Source of the DNA: Oopsacas minuta
Taxonomy: Eukaryota > Animalia > Porifera
Direction of reading: 5' to 3'
Length of the DNA: 64,000 nt
Assembly (NCBI GenBank): GCA_024704765.1
Contig: JAKMXF010000111.1
Location: 574,619-638,618 of the forward strand
Below, piece by piece: positions 1-11,618 of the stretch (within the stretch, counting starts at the first letter, position 1; every line of letters starts with the position of its first letter). Under the pieces are notes generated by a model. That model did not search any database. It was not told the DNA's origin and saw only the letters and a list, made by a program, of their open reading frames with translations. Made by a program: the position numbers and the translations under genes.

Positions 1-1616
1 GCGACTACTTGAGTGAGAAACCATTCCAATCTCTAATGTTCCTTGTTAGGGACTGGTACCATCTGGGTGATAATAAATACGGGGACAGTGGAGGAGGAGA
101 ATATTTACAGTCTGTGCTAGAGGTATTTTGATGCCCTCTCCCATCACAACTATTATAATATATATGTATTATAGGTGCATTACGGACAACAGGAAGAACT
201 ATCAGTCACAAGGAAACATATTTATTTCTGTTTTGACGATATTCGTTGTTACCTAATGCCTCACCCCGGTATGAAGGTAGCTGTAGGAGGAAAGGAATTC
301 TCTGGACAGCTGAAACGTAATTTTCTAATAAGATACAAATTCTTGTGTTTATATTTGATATACATATGTAGATATCGATGAGGATTTTGTGGATCATTTG
401 AAACAGCTGATGCCTACTATATTGGATCCGGTTAATCTGGTTGTTAAGAAGATCAGTGGGAATGTTATAACTGGCAAGAAACTAGTGCATTATGTAGAAG
501 TGAGTGTCTTAACTTTGCTGTATTCAATTTCTAACATATCCGTTCACACTTCCCAACCTTTTCCACCCATAGAGCCCAGGTTGCGAACCGTTGCTTAATA
601 TATATTTATTCTATAGAGCTATGTAAAGATATTCCAAGCAGGAGAACTGCCTGAACCTAAGAGCATGCTTGAAGTGAGTAACAGCTGATTATTGTATTTA
701 CTTGTAATTTATCAGTAATTGTATTATTCTAGGCAACAGCAGAAGCTAACCATCTAGCAGCTAAAGACGATTCTTTGGATTCATACAAACGTACAATGGA
801 TGAGGTAATGATACGTGATAGCTTAATTTTATGAATTTCTCACAAGGAATTATTCCTATATAACAGTTTTATCGATATGAAATATTATTAATGACAATGA
901 TTTCGGTCCCGTGAGTTCCACAATCACTGAGTGTGACTATACATCTATCGCAAAATATTTGTGCTATGTATTACTATGATAGAATATTCTTACAGATTTG
1001 TGGTCCAACCACTCCCTTCTTAAATCCTGATGAACTAGCGGTATCACATTCTCAAGCTAAAGAAGATTCCTTAAATGTATTCAAATTGATTAAGAAGATG
1101 GGTGGTAACATTATGAGTGAAAAATACGAACTCTTGTTAGATGAAGAGATAGAGAAATTGTTCTTAGATTATAGCAAGACAAATGATAATAAGAATATAT
1201 TCATGGCAGCAAGGACGCCAGCTGTCTTGACAACAATTGTTGTAATTTGTTATCTCTCATCTGGTGTCGTAGGGCTGATTAGCGGATTCCTAGCTAACCT
1301 TATTCTCATTCTATTGGGAGTAACTCTCTTGCTATTGACTGTATGGGCTGTGTCTAGATACACTGGTCAGTACAGAGACCTAGCATCTATGATAGACAGC
1401 CTTGCTAGTTTTATTTTTGAAGAGGTTTGTTACCATATTTGTTGTAATTCATTTACAGTAAACTTTCAAGCAAAAAATAATCACTTCGTTATATCCTACT
1501 TTAAGAAAACAGGAGTTTACTGTAATATATCATAGGCAATCTACCCTTACTACAAATCTGCTATAACCAGAGGATCTAGAACAATAATGAAGCAGGTTGT
1601 GAAGCAGAGAATATAG
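1..1616 (+). CDS. ATL: Atlastin (ER-fusion GTPase), 5' part outside window; multi-exon
   Basis: Spliced exons give LMPHPGMKV...IDEDFVDHLK...KKISGNVITGKKLVHYVE...EANHLAA...KKMGG...NDNKNIFMAARTPA, then two TM helices and RYTGQYRDL. GT-AG introns at 123-174, 317-371, 501-617, 805-995 and 1426-1535. Stop TAG 1614-1616. Confidence 0.9.
544..593. mobile_element. Degenerate hAT-type MITE remnant in an atlastin intron
   Basis: Right end AGGTTGCGAACCGTTG is nearly the reverse complement of the left end of the 27944 element (CAACGGTTCCCAATCT). Left end TTCCCAACCT is present. No TSD recognisable. Confidence 0.4.
901..941. mobile_element. Degenerate right end of a pogo/Tigger-like MITE (family A) in atlastin intron 805-995
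   Basis: CGGTCCCGTGAG...GTGACTATA matches CGGTCCCGTGAG...GTTGACTGTA at the right end of the 6814-6980 element. Left end not recognisable. Confidence 0.4.
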
Positions 1617-1874
1617 TACACATCCTCTCTCATCCATCCTCACGTCGTTACGCCAGTAGTGACTGTAAATAATCTATGAATAGATTGATTCTTTGAGTAA
1701 TGTTCTCCTCTCTTACGTGGTTTGTTTAACGTTATAATTTGAGTGAAAATTACTTTGTGGTTTATAGTTATTGTGAATGTTATTACATTAGGATTGGATA
1801 TTGAATTTATTTGCAACGAATTGCCCTTATATGGTGTTCTCCTCAATTTCTCAATTTCCAATTAATTACAGTGT

Positions 1875-1940
1875 AACCTTCACAAACGGGTTGCAGGGAC
1901 GCCGATAAATGCTACCCCATTTCACCGTTTGTGAGAGGTT
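1875..1940. other. Intergenic stem-loop upstream of ADH
   Basis: AACCTTCACAAACGG (1875-1889) pairs with CCGTTTGTGAGAGGTT (1925-1940) with one bulge; 35-nt loop. Confidence 0.55.
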
Positions 1941-2061
1941 CATTTGTATGGAAATAGGAATTCCCTCTAAATTATTGACTCCGTTTCCGAAAGTTCTGTC
2001 CATTCATGTAGGTAATACTGTAACCGATATATCCCATCTTTCACCAGTATTAATACTTTAA

Positions 2062-3213
<1,152 letters not shown>

Positions 3214-3521
3214 CTATGAAACTATTAGTTCTTTCTACGAATTTATTTCTTAGTTTCTTACACAGAATAATCTTATAATTGTTCATTGATAAATAGTTCT
3301 TTTCAGTTTTGGTTTTCCAAAATAATAGAATTTGGTTCTTAATTATTCAGCTAATAATTCAAGTAACACAGATAATAACTGAATATATATTAACATATTC
3401 AATATACGATATGCTCCAGCTATGTCCAGTGGCCATACAATATTGTGACTCTAGACTGAAATAGGCATTTATTTGGAATCTTATAAAGTCAGAAATTTTC
3501 ATATACTTTTATACTATCAAC

Positions 3522-4628
3522 ATGTCAGGATTCGATTCGCGTAGTACGCTTGAAAAATATCTGTCACTCGACCAGAGGGGATTCGTCCAGGTGACTTATA
3601 TATGGATCGACGGGACCATGACTGGGTTACGTTGTAAGACAAAGACAATTGACTTCATCCCCAAATCCCCTGACGATCTCCCGGTATGGGATTACGATGG
3701 TTCTAGCACTATGCAATCAAACGGAACCAATTCAGATATATACATACGCCCTAAGGCTCTGTTCAGTGATCCATTCCGCGGTGACCCAAACAAACTGGTG
3801 TTATGCGAGACCTACACCCATGAGGAAAAGCCTCATCCCACCAATTCTCGTCACATATGCAATATGTACATGAGTAACCCAAAAGTGCAGGCAGCTCACC
3901 CATGGTTCGGTATCGAGCAGGAGTATACCATCATGAATAGGAACGGTCGTCCTTATCAATGGCCTGAAAATGGTTACCCCCCAGCTCAGGGTCCATTTTA
4001 CTGCAGTATTGGTGCTAGTCGTGTGCATGGACGCTCTATACTTGAGGCTCATTACCGTGCCTGTCTGTACGCTGGTGTGAAAATAGCCGGTTCGAATGCG
4101 GAAGTAATGCTCTCTCAGTGGGAGTTCCAGATTGGACCATGTGAGGGTATCGAAATGGGAGATCATCTTTGGGTGGCTCGGTTTTTGCTGGAGCGAGTTG
4201 CGGAGGATTTTGGTTGTGATATTTCCTTCGATCCTAAACCTGTTCAAGGAAATTGGAATGGCTCTGGAGCTCACACAAATTATTCTACCTTGGAAATGAG
4301 AGAGGACGGAGGGTTAGCTAAAATGTACCCAGCGATAGAGAGAATGGGCAAAAACCATGAATGGCACATAAAATATTATGACCCTCACGGGGGTGCTGAC
4401 AACGCACGGCGTCTTACCGGCCTCCACGAAACATCTGACATCCATAGTTTCTCTAGCGGGGTAGCAGATCGTGGCGCGAGCATAAGGATCCCCCGCCATT
4501 GCTCCAAGGACGGTAAAGGTTATTTTGAGGACAGACGACCCTCTGCTAACATGGACCCCTATGTGGTCACCGAGGTAATCGTGCGTACTACGATCCTCAT
4601 GGAAGATCACTCAGGAGTTAAAGTGTAA
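3522..4628 (+). CDS. GLUL: Glutamine synthetase type II, intronless
   Basis: [76 protein letters not shown]. Confidence 0.97.
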   Translation: MSGFDSRSTLEKYLSLDQRGFVQVTYIWIDGTMTGLRCKTKTIDFIPKSPDDLPVWDYDGSSTMQSNGTNSDIYIRPKALFSDPFRGDPNKLVLCETYTHEEKPHPTNSRHICNMYMSNPKVQAAHPWFGIEQEYTIMNRNGRPYQWPENGYPPAQGPFYCSIGASRVHGRSILEAHYRACLYAGVKIAGSNAEVMLSQWEFQIGPCEGIEMGDHLWVARFLLERVAEDFGCDISFDPKPVQGNWNGSGAHTNYSTLEMREDGGLAKMYPAIERMGKNHEWHIKYYDPHGGADNARRLTGLHETSDIHSFSSGVADRGASIRIPRHCSKDGKGYFEDRRPSANMDPYVVTEVIVRTTILMEDHSGVKV

Positions 4629-4977
4629 CAGACACATTCATAGCTCGTATTATATTTATTTTTTTTCCTTCATTTCTTCAGAGTTATTTTGCAATATAGA
4701 TTCATTTTGGTGTATATTACTTGAGTAGTTCAGTGAATATTATCTCTTGGGATATTTTTTCTTTGGAATTATTAACTCAACAGTCTATACTTTGTTACCA
4801 ATGATCGTGTTGTACACTGCAACAATTCGCACATGTCGTAAAAGTTGTAGAGTAATATTGACCTATGTGTCATAAAATATATTTCGTAACTAGAATTAGC
4901 TAAAGTGATAATTTAATTATCTAGCTGGCATTCTTATTGACGATACGTTTCTGATTAATCAGAAATTAGTACACTTT

Positions 4978-6477
4978 ATGTCAAAATCTTCTGAGCTCTA
5001 TCCTGTCTCTAAGTTTGCTGGTTTATCCACTAGAGCTCGTCTCTCGTACTTGCTCCCTCTCCTCACAGCTTGTTCCCATGAAGAACTATTGTCTGTACAG
5101 TCAAGCCTCAATCTACTGTTCTTTAGAGAATTCATTCCAGACCTTCCTCCCAACCTATCTCTTTTAATTCTAATTAAACTGACGCTGAAGGATATATTTG
5201 CTTGTATGTTAGTAAGTAAGACATGGTGTGAGGTCATAAATTCAGAGTACTGTACTCCCCTATGGAGACACCATGCAATGCTATTAGCTCCCACATATCA
5301 CCGTAGTTTGTGTGATAACCAGTGGAAGGTAATATGTCGGAATGCTAGACTATTCCAACTCAAATTATGTAAACCAATAAACTATTGTGTAAAACAATTT
5401 GAGGATGATGGTCACTGTCATATTGAAAATGTTAAAGTTTATCAGTTGTTTACTGATGAAAATTATTTGGTTGTACATGGACTTGCTAACTTGAATTTCT
5501 GTTTATACAAGGATGTTGTTCTTGTATGGAAATGGGAGGGTGACCGGGGAGGTTTTAAGTATAAGTTGAACATCTTAGAAGAAATGGATATCGCCAGTTA
5601 TCCTAGTTCAATAGAAACAAAGAATGGTAGTAATATTACAGTCAGCTTTACCTCCAATTTCTTGTTCATACTGCATGTATATATAGAGGTGTTTAACTTA
5701 GATGTTCTCTCTTTCTGTTCTCGGGTGCGGCTACCCTCAATGTCTGAAGTCCTCGGCCTAGACTATTCCCTGAATACTGATCGTTCCCTAAAATTAATAG
5801 CTATTGCATTTTTCGACCGATCTATCTACATCATTGATCCTTCTCATGGAGTTACTATTCACGAAGTTATTATTGAAGATAGATATCCATTTTACTTCTC
5901 ATTCCTCGATGGACCTGACCCTAGATTTTTGATCTATTCAGAAATGGGCTTTCGCTATTTTGATGTTTCTAGCCAATTAGCTCCCAAAATAATTTCTGAT
6001 CTTTTGACAATAGAGCCGACAAACTCACACATTTCGGTTAACATTTCTAAAAATAAGGAAATTGTTGCGATACTAGAAATAGAATTGATAAGCTCAATTC
6101 AAACTCCGAAATTATTCATATTTTCAACCAATTCTTGGAGTCTTCTTTTCCATAGAGAGTTATCCCCCTCGTATAATCACTACAACATTCTAGCTGTGGG
6201 ATCTAGGTATGTAGTCCTGCTAGGCTATAGAGCTAAACTAGAATTCATTATATTTGATTTATTAACATACGAACCTCCTCGCAGTGTTGTGTTCAAGAAT
6301 ATTATAGCTACTCAAGATGTCTACTCTGTAGATTCTGTATGTGTATTGTATATAAACGGATGGTTGAATGGAGAAATATTTGATGAAGTAGAAAATGAAG
6401 GAAAATCAATACCAATATTCCTTGTATATAGTAAATCTATTCAATTTTCTCTAAGTATTCTCTCTTTAAAATATTGA
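4978..6477 (+). CDS. F-box protein with divergent beta-rich C-terminus
   Basis: REFIPDLPPNLSLLILIKLTLKDIFACMLVSKTWCEVI..LW is an F-box, preceded by an FBXW-like helical segment. The C-terminal half is beta-rich without canonical WD repeats. Confidence 0.75.
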   Translation: MSKSSELYPVSKFAGLSTRARLSYLLPLLTACSHEELLSVQSSLNLLFFREFIPDLPPNLSLLILIKLTLKDIFACMLVSKTWCEVINSEYCTPLWRHHAMLLAPTYHRSLCDNQWKVICRNARLFQLKLCKPINYCVKQFEDDGHCHIENVKVYQLFTDENYLVVHGLANLNFCLYKDVVLVWKWEGDRGGFKYKLNILEEMDIASYPSSIETKNGSNITVSFTSNFLFILHVYIEVFNLDVLSFCSRVRLPSMSEVLGLDYSLNTDRSLKLIAIAFFDRSIYIIDPSHGVTIHEVIIEDRYPFYFSFLDGPDPRFLIYSEMGFRYFDVSSQLAPKIISDLLTIEPTNSHISVNISKNKEIVAILEIELISSIQTPKLFIFSTNSWSLLFHRELSPSYNHYNILAVGSRYVVLLGYRAKLEFIIFDLLTYEPPRSVVFKNIIATQDVYSVDSVCVLYINGWLNGEIFDEVENEGKSIPIFLVYSKSIQFSLSILSLKY

Positions 6478-6539
6478 ATTATTGAATGCTCATTTGTGTG
6501 TAAATTTAATTATTTGTTTTGATTTGAATGATAGAACAA

Positions 6540-7949
6540 ATGAAGTTCATAACTCCGGAAATAGTCTGGCATAGCAAGGAACCAGTATTTAGTATAGACT
6601 TTAGCGTACAGCCGTATTGCTACCGTCTAGCCTCCGCCGGAGCTGACAAGGATATCAAGATCTGGGACGTATCTCTTGTAGAAGAGAAGATACAGCTAAA
6701 ATATCTATTCAGTCTAACAAGGCATGATAGAGCTGTGAATACTGTCAGGTTCAGTCCTGATGGCCGCTTCTTAGCCTCTGGAGGTAAGTTTAAATATAGC
6801 TCAAATTCGAATACACACAACTCCCGTCATATCAAACACGGATATACCGAAATATCCGCCTATATCGTAGTCTGATATTGTACAAATATGGTCCCAAACC
6901 CCTCAAAGTAACACAAATTACAACCCTTATTGAAGTAATTATCGCGGTCCCGTGAGCTTCAGTATGCCAGGAGTTGACTGTAGTTATTTTATTGTATTTC
7001 TATAGGAGATGATGGATGGATAATTATTTGGAATGTTACCAGTGATGAAGATATTCTCGGAGAGAGCGAAGAGAAAATGAGTGTTCATAAAGTATTGAGG
7101 GGACATCTTGAGGATGTATCTGACCTCAGTTGGTCATTGGATGGTTGTCGCTTAGTCAGCGGATCTGTAGACAACACTGCCATCTTGTGGGATGTGGAGA
7201 GAGGACAAGCATTATTCAGGGTGAGGGAACACAAACATTATGTCCAAGGGGTCGCATTTGATCCGATCAAACAGTACATAGCTACACTGAGTAGTGATCG
7301 TACATTAAAATTCTTGAATCTGCACACTGGTATGACATGTGTGTCATCTGTGAGTAAGGTGACAGCTCCTGACCAATCTCATTTCAAAGCTTTTAAAGAC
7401 GAAACCCTGTCTACTTTCTTCCGTAGACTTTCCTACTCTCCTGACGGGAATATCTTAGTAGTACCATCCGGACAATACAAACAGGACACTGAAAAGACTG
7501 TAGATTGTACATTTATATTCTCGCGGAATTGTCTGACGAAGCCAGTCATGTATTTACCGACCCTAGACAAGCCCTCTGTACTGGTCCGCTTCAATCCTCG
7601 CCTATATAAACTCCTTCCAGATGCAACTCCTATATTCAAACTAGCATACCGAATGATCTATGCGGTTGCTACGCTCTGCACTGTATACCTATACGATACA
7701 CAGAGACTGGAGCCCCTGGCTGTTATCGGACAGATACACTATGCTAATCTCACAGATATGTCATGGTCTAGTGATGGTCGTCTATTAGTAATATCATCTA
7801 CAGATAGTTATTGTACGGTTATTCTCTTTTCTGAGGGAGAATTGGGAGAATTATACGAAATTAAAAAGGCTCAAACACACGGTTCAGGAGAGCAGATCCT
7901 GATTGAGCCTGATACCATATCAAGTGGGGAGATGGATACAATTTATTAA
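6540..7949 (+). CDS. CHAF1B: Chromatin assembly factor 1 subunit B (p60/Cac2), 2 exons
   Basis: MKFITPEIVWHSKEPVFSIDF, LTRHDRAVNTVRFSP, SGG|GDD across intron 6784-7005, LRGHLEDVSDLSWS, FFRRLSYSPDG, IHYANLTDMSWSSDG. Confidence 0.95.
6814..6980. mobile_element. 167-bp pogo/Tigger-like MITE (family A) in the CHAF1B intron
   Basis: TA|CACACAACTCCCGTCATAT...GTATGCCAGGAGTTGACTG|TA. Imperfect TIRs, TA flanks, and internal TGGTCCCAAACC..TCAAAGTAACA shared with 56951-57097. Confidence 0.75.
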
Positions 7950-8033
7950 TAAAAGCAACCATTCACACTACAAATTGAATTATTATTTTATTAAACTAAC
8001 AAATAAAAGAGCTCTTACAAATATGATATACGT

Positions 8034-9131
8034 TTATCTTCTTTCCTTCCTTACATGTCCTGGAAAGCGATACTGATGTTTCCCGAGCATTCTATTGCGC
8101 TTAACATAGGCTATCACGTAGCTAATCTGTATTACCAAATTCATTAAGATAGACAACACAATGTACCCTATTAATGATAATCTCTCAGCCATCCTCAGTA
8201 CATTAGTGATAGCATCTTTTAAAGAAGCAATTGTTTGTATGTTTGTTGGAATTTGTATTGAATAGAAATAGTTTGCCCAGCATGGCATGAAGAATAGCTT
8301 AAATATTCCTTTTTCAAAAATAGTGAACATTGATAGGGTTATCAATAGGAATACGGCAGGAATATACGTAATACGAAAGCCCCACTTGTATGTTCTAACC
8401 CGACTCTTCAAGTATTTCTGATCCCTTTGGCTGATTCCTATGTCATTACCTTTTGCTACTAATGCTTTCAAGAGATTTCTACCCGATCTTCTCACTGGTA
8501 TTAATATTTGATATATAATTATGAGATACGCAGTCACTACTCCGAGTATGTATGTTAATTCCACCGAATAGAGTGTGAAAATTATTAGATTTCTCCAGAA
8601 GATCCATTCAAACGATCGTTTAATGCTCTTTATATCAATTTTAGATGTCAGATAAGCAGTGGTGAAGAATTTTGAAAGGATAACAAGCATAGATAAAATA
8701 CTGCTAATTAATATTGCAGTCAAGCCTTCGATTGAGAGACATAGGGGACCGAGAAATACCATACATACCATCGTTTGGGAATTGTACATAGAGCAGTTGG
8801 CTGGGACTATACTGCTGAAGTAATTATTTGCTGCATTTTCTAACATGTGATATTCTATGGATGGAATCAGACTGGTTATTGAGATTAGAAATTCAGAAGA
8901 CAAAATGAGAGCTGAGAGAGAGTACTTAACGTAATGCAACATGGATTCCTTATAACCATTCAGGTTTTCAAGGTCTTTTGCTGATCGACATTTATTTTTC
9001 CAATTAATCGCTTCTTTTGACAGCAAAATAATATTAATAATTTCCAGGAATGATTTTAACACATAAATTGCTAATATGAAGTGATCAACATTTTTACTTA
9101 GCGTGATCTGGGGAATATTCTTGAGGTCCAT
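8034..9131 (-). CDS. Orphan multipass membrane protein (about 6-7 hydrophobic helices)
   Basis: 365-aa intronless ORF with alternating hydrophobic segments and basic loops; no family motif recognised. Confidence 0.7.
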   Translation of the reverse strand: MDLKNIPQITLSKNVDHFILAIYVLKSFLEIINIILLSKEAINWKNKCRSAKDLENLNGYKESMLHYVKYSLSALILSSEFLISITSLIPSIEYHMLENAANNYFSSIVPANCSMYNSQTMVCMVFLGPLCLSIEGLTAILISSILSMLVILSKFFTTAYLTSKIDIKSIKRSFEWIFWRNLIIFTLYSVELTYILGVVTAYLIIIYQILIPVRRSGRNLLKALVAKGNDIGISQRDQKYLKSRVRTYKWGFRITYIPAVFLLITLSMFTIFEKGIFKLFFMPCWANYFYSIQIPTNIQTIASLKDAITNVLRMAERLSLIGYIVLSILMNLVIQISYVIAYVKRNRMLGKHQYRFPGHVRKERR

Positions 9132-9486
9132 ATTTCATTTATCTTAGCATACACACTCTCATATTTATACTAAAAGAGCCAGTGATTAGCATTAGTATAA
9201 TATATTTGAAGCAAGGCTTTCTAGGAATGGCAAACTAATTACAAATATTATTTCAATTCGATAGAGTACAAGAATTGTCTTTCAACATCCTGACAAATAC
9301 TGGATTACGTATATGGCAAGTGTAATATGCAAGAATAGAATTGATTTTATTAAATTTAGCATTTAGCTAATGCCAAAATCGATTCTATTATTGTAAATTT
9401 ACCTTACTATGTACTTTGTATGTCTATCACGCTTGATCATATTTACTAATATTGACGGTTTATCCCATAGGAATTTAGTGATTAGA

Positions 9487-11046
9487 ATGAGTATCCAGCC
9501 AAATACCCACACAATATCATCTGGTGATATTCCTGTAGATACCCCGGATAACTCCATAGGAAGGAGTGCTCCCTTCCTCATTAAATTTCTAGAAGATTAC
9601 GTCTGTATTCCATGTGGTGTAAGTCCTAAAGTTAAAAGGATATTTTATCTTTCCTCAGTTTGGATAATTACATTTATTTGTTACGCATCGTTTCATCTCA
9701 GTCGCAAGCCTACATCCGTTGTTAAGGGGACCCTGAGGCCCAAATGTGTCCAACCCAATATTCCTGTAAACACCTCTAACGGCACTAATGATAGTATTAT
9801 ATGTTTTCCTGGTTGGGCACCATTTGATGGAGATGATGGTAACACCTTGCTTGGTAGTTTAGACTACTCATTCCTATTCAGCTATGCTATCGCTATGTTT
9901 TTCAGTGGGCATATAGGAGATAGAGTACCCCTGAGATATTTCTTAACAGTCGGTATGATCGGTAGTGGTTTGATGGCTTGTCTATTTGGAGCAGGCTACT
10001 TCTTTAATATCCATGTTATTGAGTATTATCTTGCTGTACAGATAGTTGGAGGAATGTTCCAATCGACAGGATGGCCGGGTGTTGTAGCTGTTATGAATCA
10101 TTGGTTCGGGAGAGGATATAGGGGATTCCTATTAGGGATATGGAATGTCCATACTAGTGTAGGTAACATTCTAGGTTCTGTTATACCGGGTATATGGGCT
10201 GATACTGATTGGGGATGGTCGTTCATATCCGCAGGACTAATAATAATCGTCTGTGGGGTACTAGTCTTCCTAACTCTCGTATCCAATCCGGACCAGGTAG
10301 ATCTTCCTCCTCCTACACATAACAAGCCTCCAGAGGATCCTGAAAATGACCTGACCCCCCTAATCAAACCAGCTACATCAACACAAGCTATAGGGTTCTT
10401 TAACGCGTTTCTAATACCAGGAGTACTCGAGTATTCATTCTCTCTTTTCTTTGGGAAGCTAGTAAGCTATACTTTCCTATTCTGGCTGCCGTTATACATA
10501 CAGAACACACAGATAGGAGGCAAGACATATAACGGTATGGTCAGTGCAGATCTGTCCACTGTTTATGACGTAGGAGGTATTATAGGAGGAATTACGGGCG
10601 GTTTATTATCAGATATATTCAATTCACGGTCTATCGTGTGTGTTACTATGTACTATCTAGCTATTCCCTGTCTATTCGCTTATCTAAAATTGGGCTACAT
10701 AAGTCTCCCATTCAATATGGGGCTAATGTGTTTATGTGGTATTCTTGTTAACGGTCCGTACGGTCTCATTACGACTGCAGTTACAGCAGATTTGGGTACA
10801 CATCCATCACTGAGGGATAATACAAACGCTAAAGCAACGGTTACAGCTATTATTGACGGTACAGGCTCTATTGGAGCTGCACTAGGTCCCCTGTTAGCTG
10901 GCTGGGTATCAGGATATGGATGGAATTACGTGTTTTATATACAGATGGGATCTTGCTCATTAGCTGCTATCTTGCTCAGTAGACTTGTTATCAAAGATAT
11001 TATTGAGTTTGCAACATATTTATACAAAAAGTTACTCATTTTCTGA
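9487..11046 (+). CDS. SLC37A2: SLC37-family sugar-phosphate exchanger (MFS), intronless
   Basis: [95 protein letters not shown]. Start taken at the internal Met 9487; ORF opens at 9409. Paralogue (A1/A2) uncertain. Confidence 0.9.
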   Translation: MSIQPNTHTISSGDIPVDTPDNSIGRSAPFLIKFLEDYVCIPCGVSPKVKRIFYLSSVWIITFICYASFHLSRKPTSVVKGTLRPKCVQPNIPVNTSNGTNDSIICFPGWAPFDGDDGNTLLGSLDYSFLFSYAIAMFFSGHIGDRVPLRYFLTVGMIGSGLMACLFGAGYFFNIHVIEYYLAVQIVGGMFQSTGWPGVVAVMNHWFGRGYRGFLLGIWNVHTSVGNILGSVIPGIWADTDWGWSFISAGLIIIVCGVLVFLTLVSNPDQVDLPPPTHNKPPEDPENDLTPLIKPATSTQAIGFFNAFLIPGVLEYSFSLFFGKLVSYTFLFWLPLYIQNTQIGGKTYNGMVSADLSTVYDVGGIIGGITGGLLSDIFNSRSIVCVTMYYLAIPCLFAYLKLGYISLPFNMGLMCLCGILVNGPYGLITTAVTADLGTHPSLRDNTNAKATVTAIIDGTGSIGAALGPLLAGWVSGYGWNYVFYIQMGSCSLAAILLSRLVIKDIIEFATYLYKKLLIF

Positions 11047-11166
11047 GACCTGTAAAACTGTAAAAAGTGTAAATTCTCATATATTTTTATTTGTTTATGG
11101 AGTTATTATAATGTGTTTTAATATTTTTGAAGTAGAAGACTACCCGCCATTATTGATAAGCAAATA

Positions 11167-11308
11167 CAATAGTTGCCAGTTATATGAATACCGGGTATAA
11201 GAACCATCCTCTGGAAAACTGTTCTCACATATTCTTCTATCATTTGCATCGGTTATAAGAACATGTTTGCTACTCCCAACCATGTTCTTATAACAAGCAC
11301 AGCCACTG
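11167..11308. mobile_element. 142-bp TA-flanked MITE (family B)
   Basis: TA|CAATAGTTGCCAGTTATATGAA...GTTCTTATAACAAGCACAGCCACTG|TA with internal GGTTATAAGAAC repeats; related to 52518-52631. Confidence 0.6.
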
Positions 11309-11574
11309 TATTATCTCTGAATCGACAATTTTACTACATTTAATCTAGCGGTAAGAAATGTTAGCTCAGCAAAATATTAATAATATATGATAGTACATTT
11401 GTAATAGTGTAAGCGGTCAAATCTCCTCCTATTGATATGTGTAGACTTTCATCGTTTATACTTTCGATTTAATTATTAGCAAGCAAATACTAATTATATA
11501 CCACTTGCTTATTAATTAATCACAGTTATATATTACACTATTAATTCTGGAATTGAAAACTCTTGTTAGACTAG

Positions 11575-11592
11575 TGTGTGTGTGTGTGTGTG
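11575..11592. repeat. (TG)9 microsatellite just upstream of the receptor start
   Basis: Directly visible TG run. Confidence 0.9.
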
Positions 11593-11618
11593 TGGACTCC
11601 AAACCAAAAGACAAAGAA

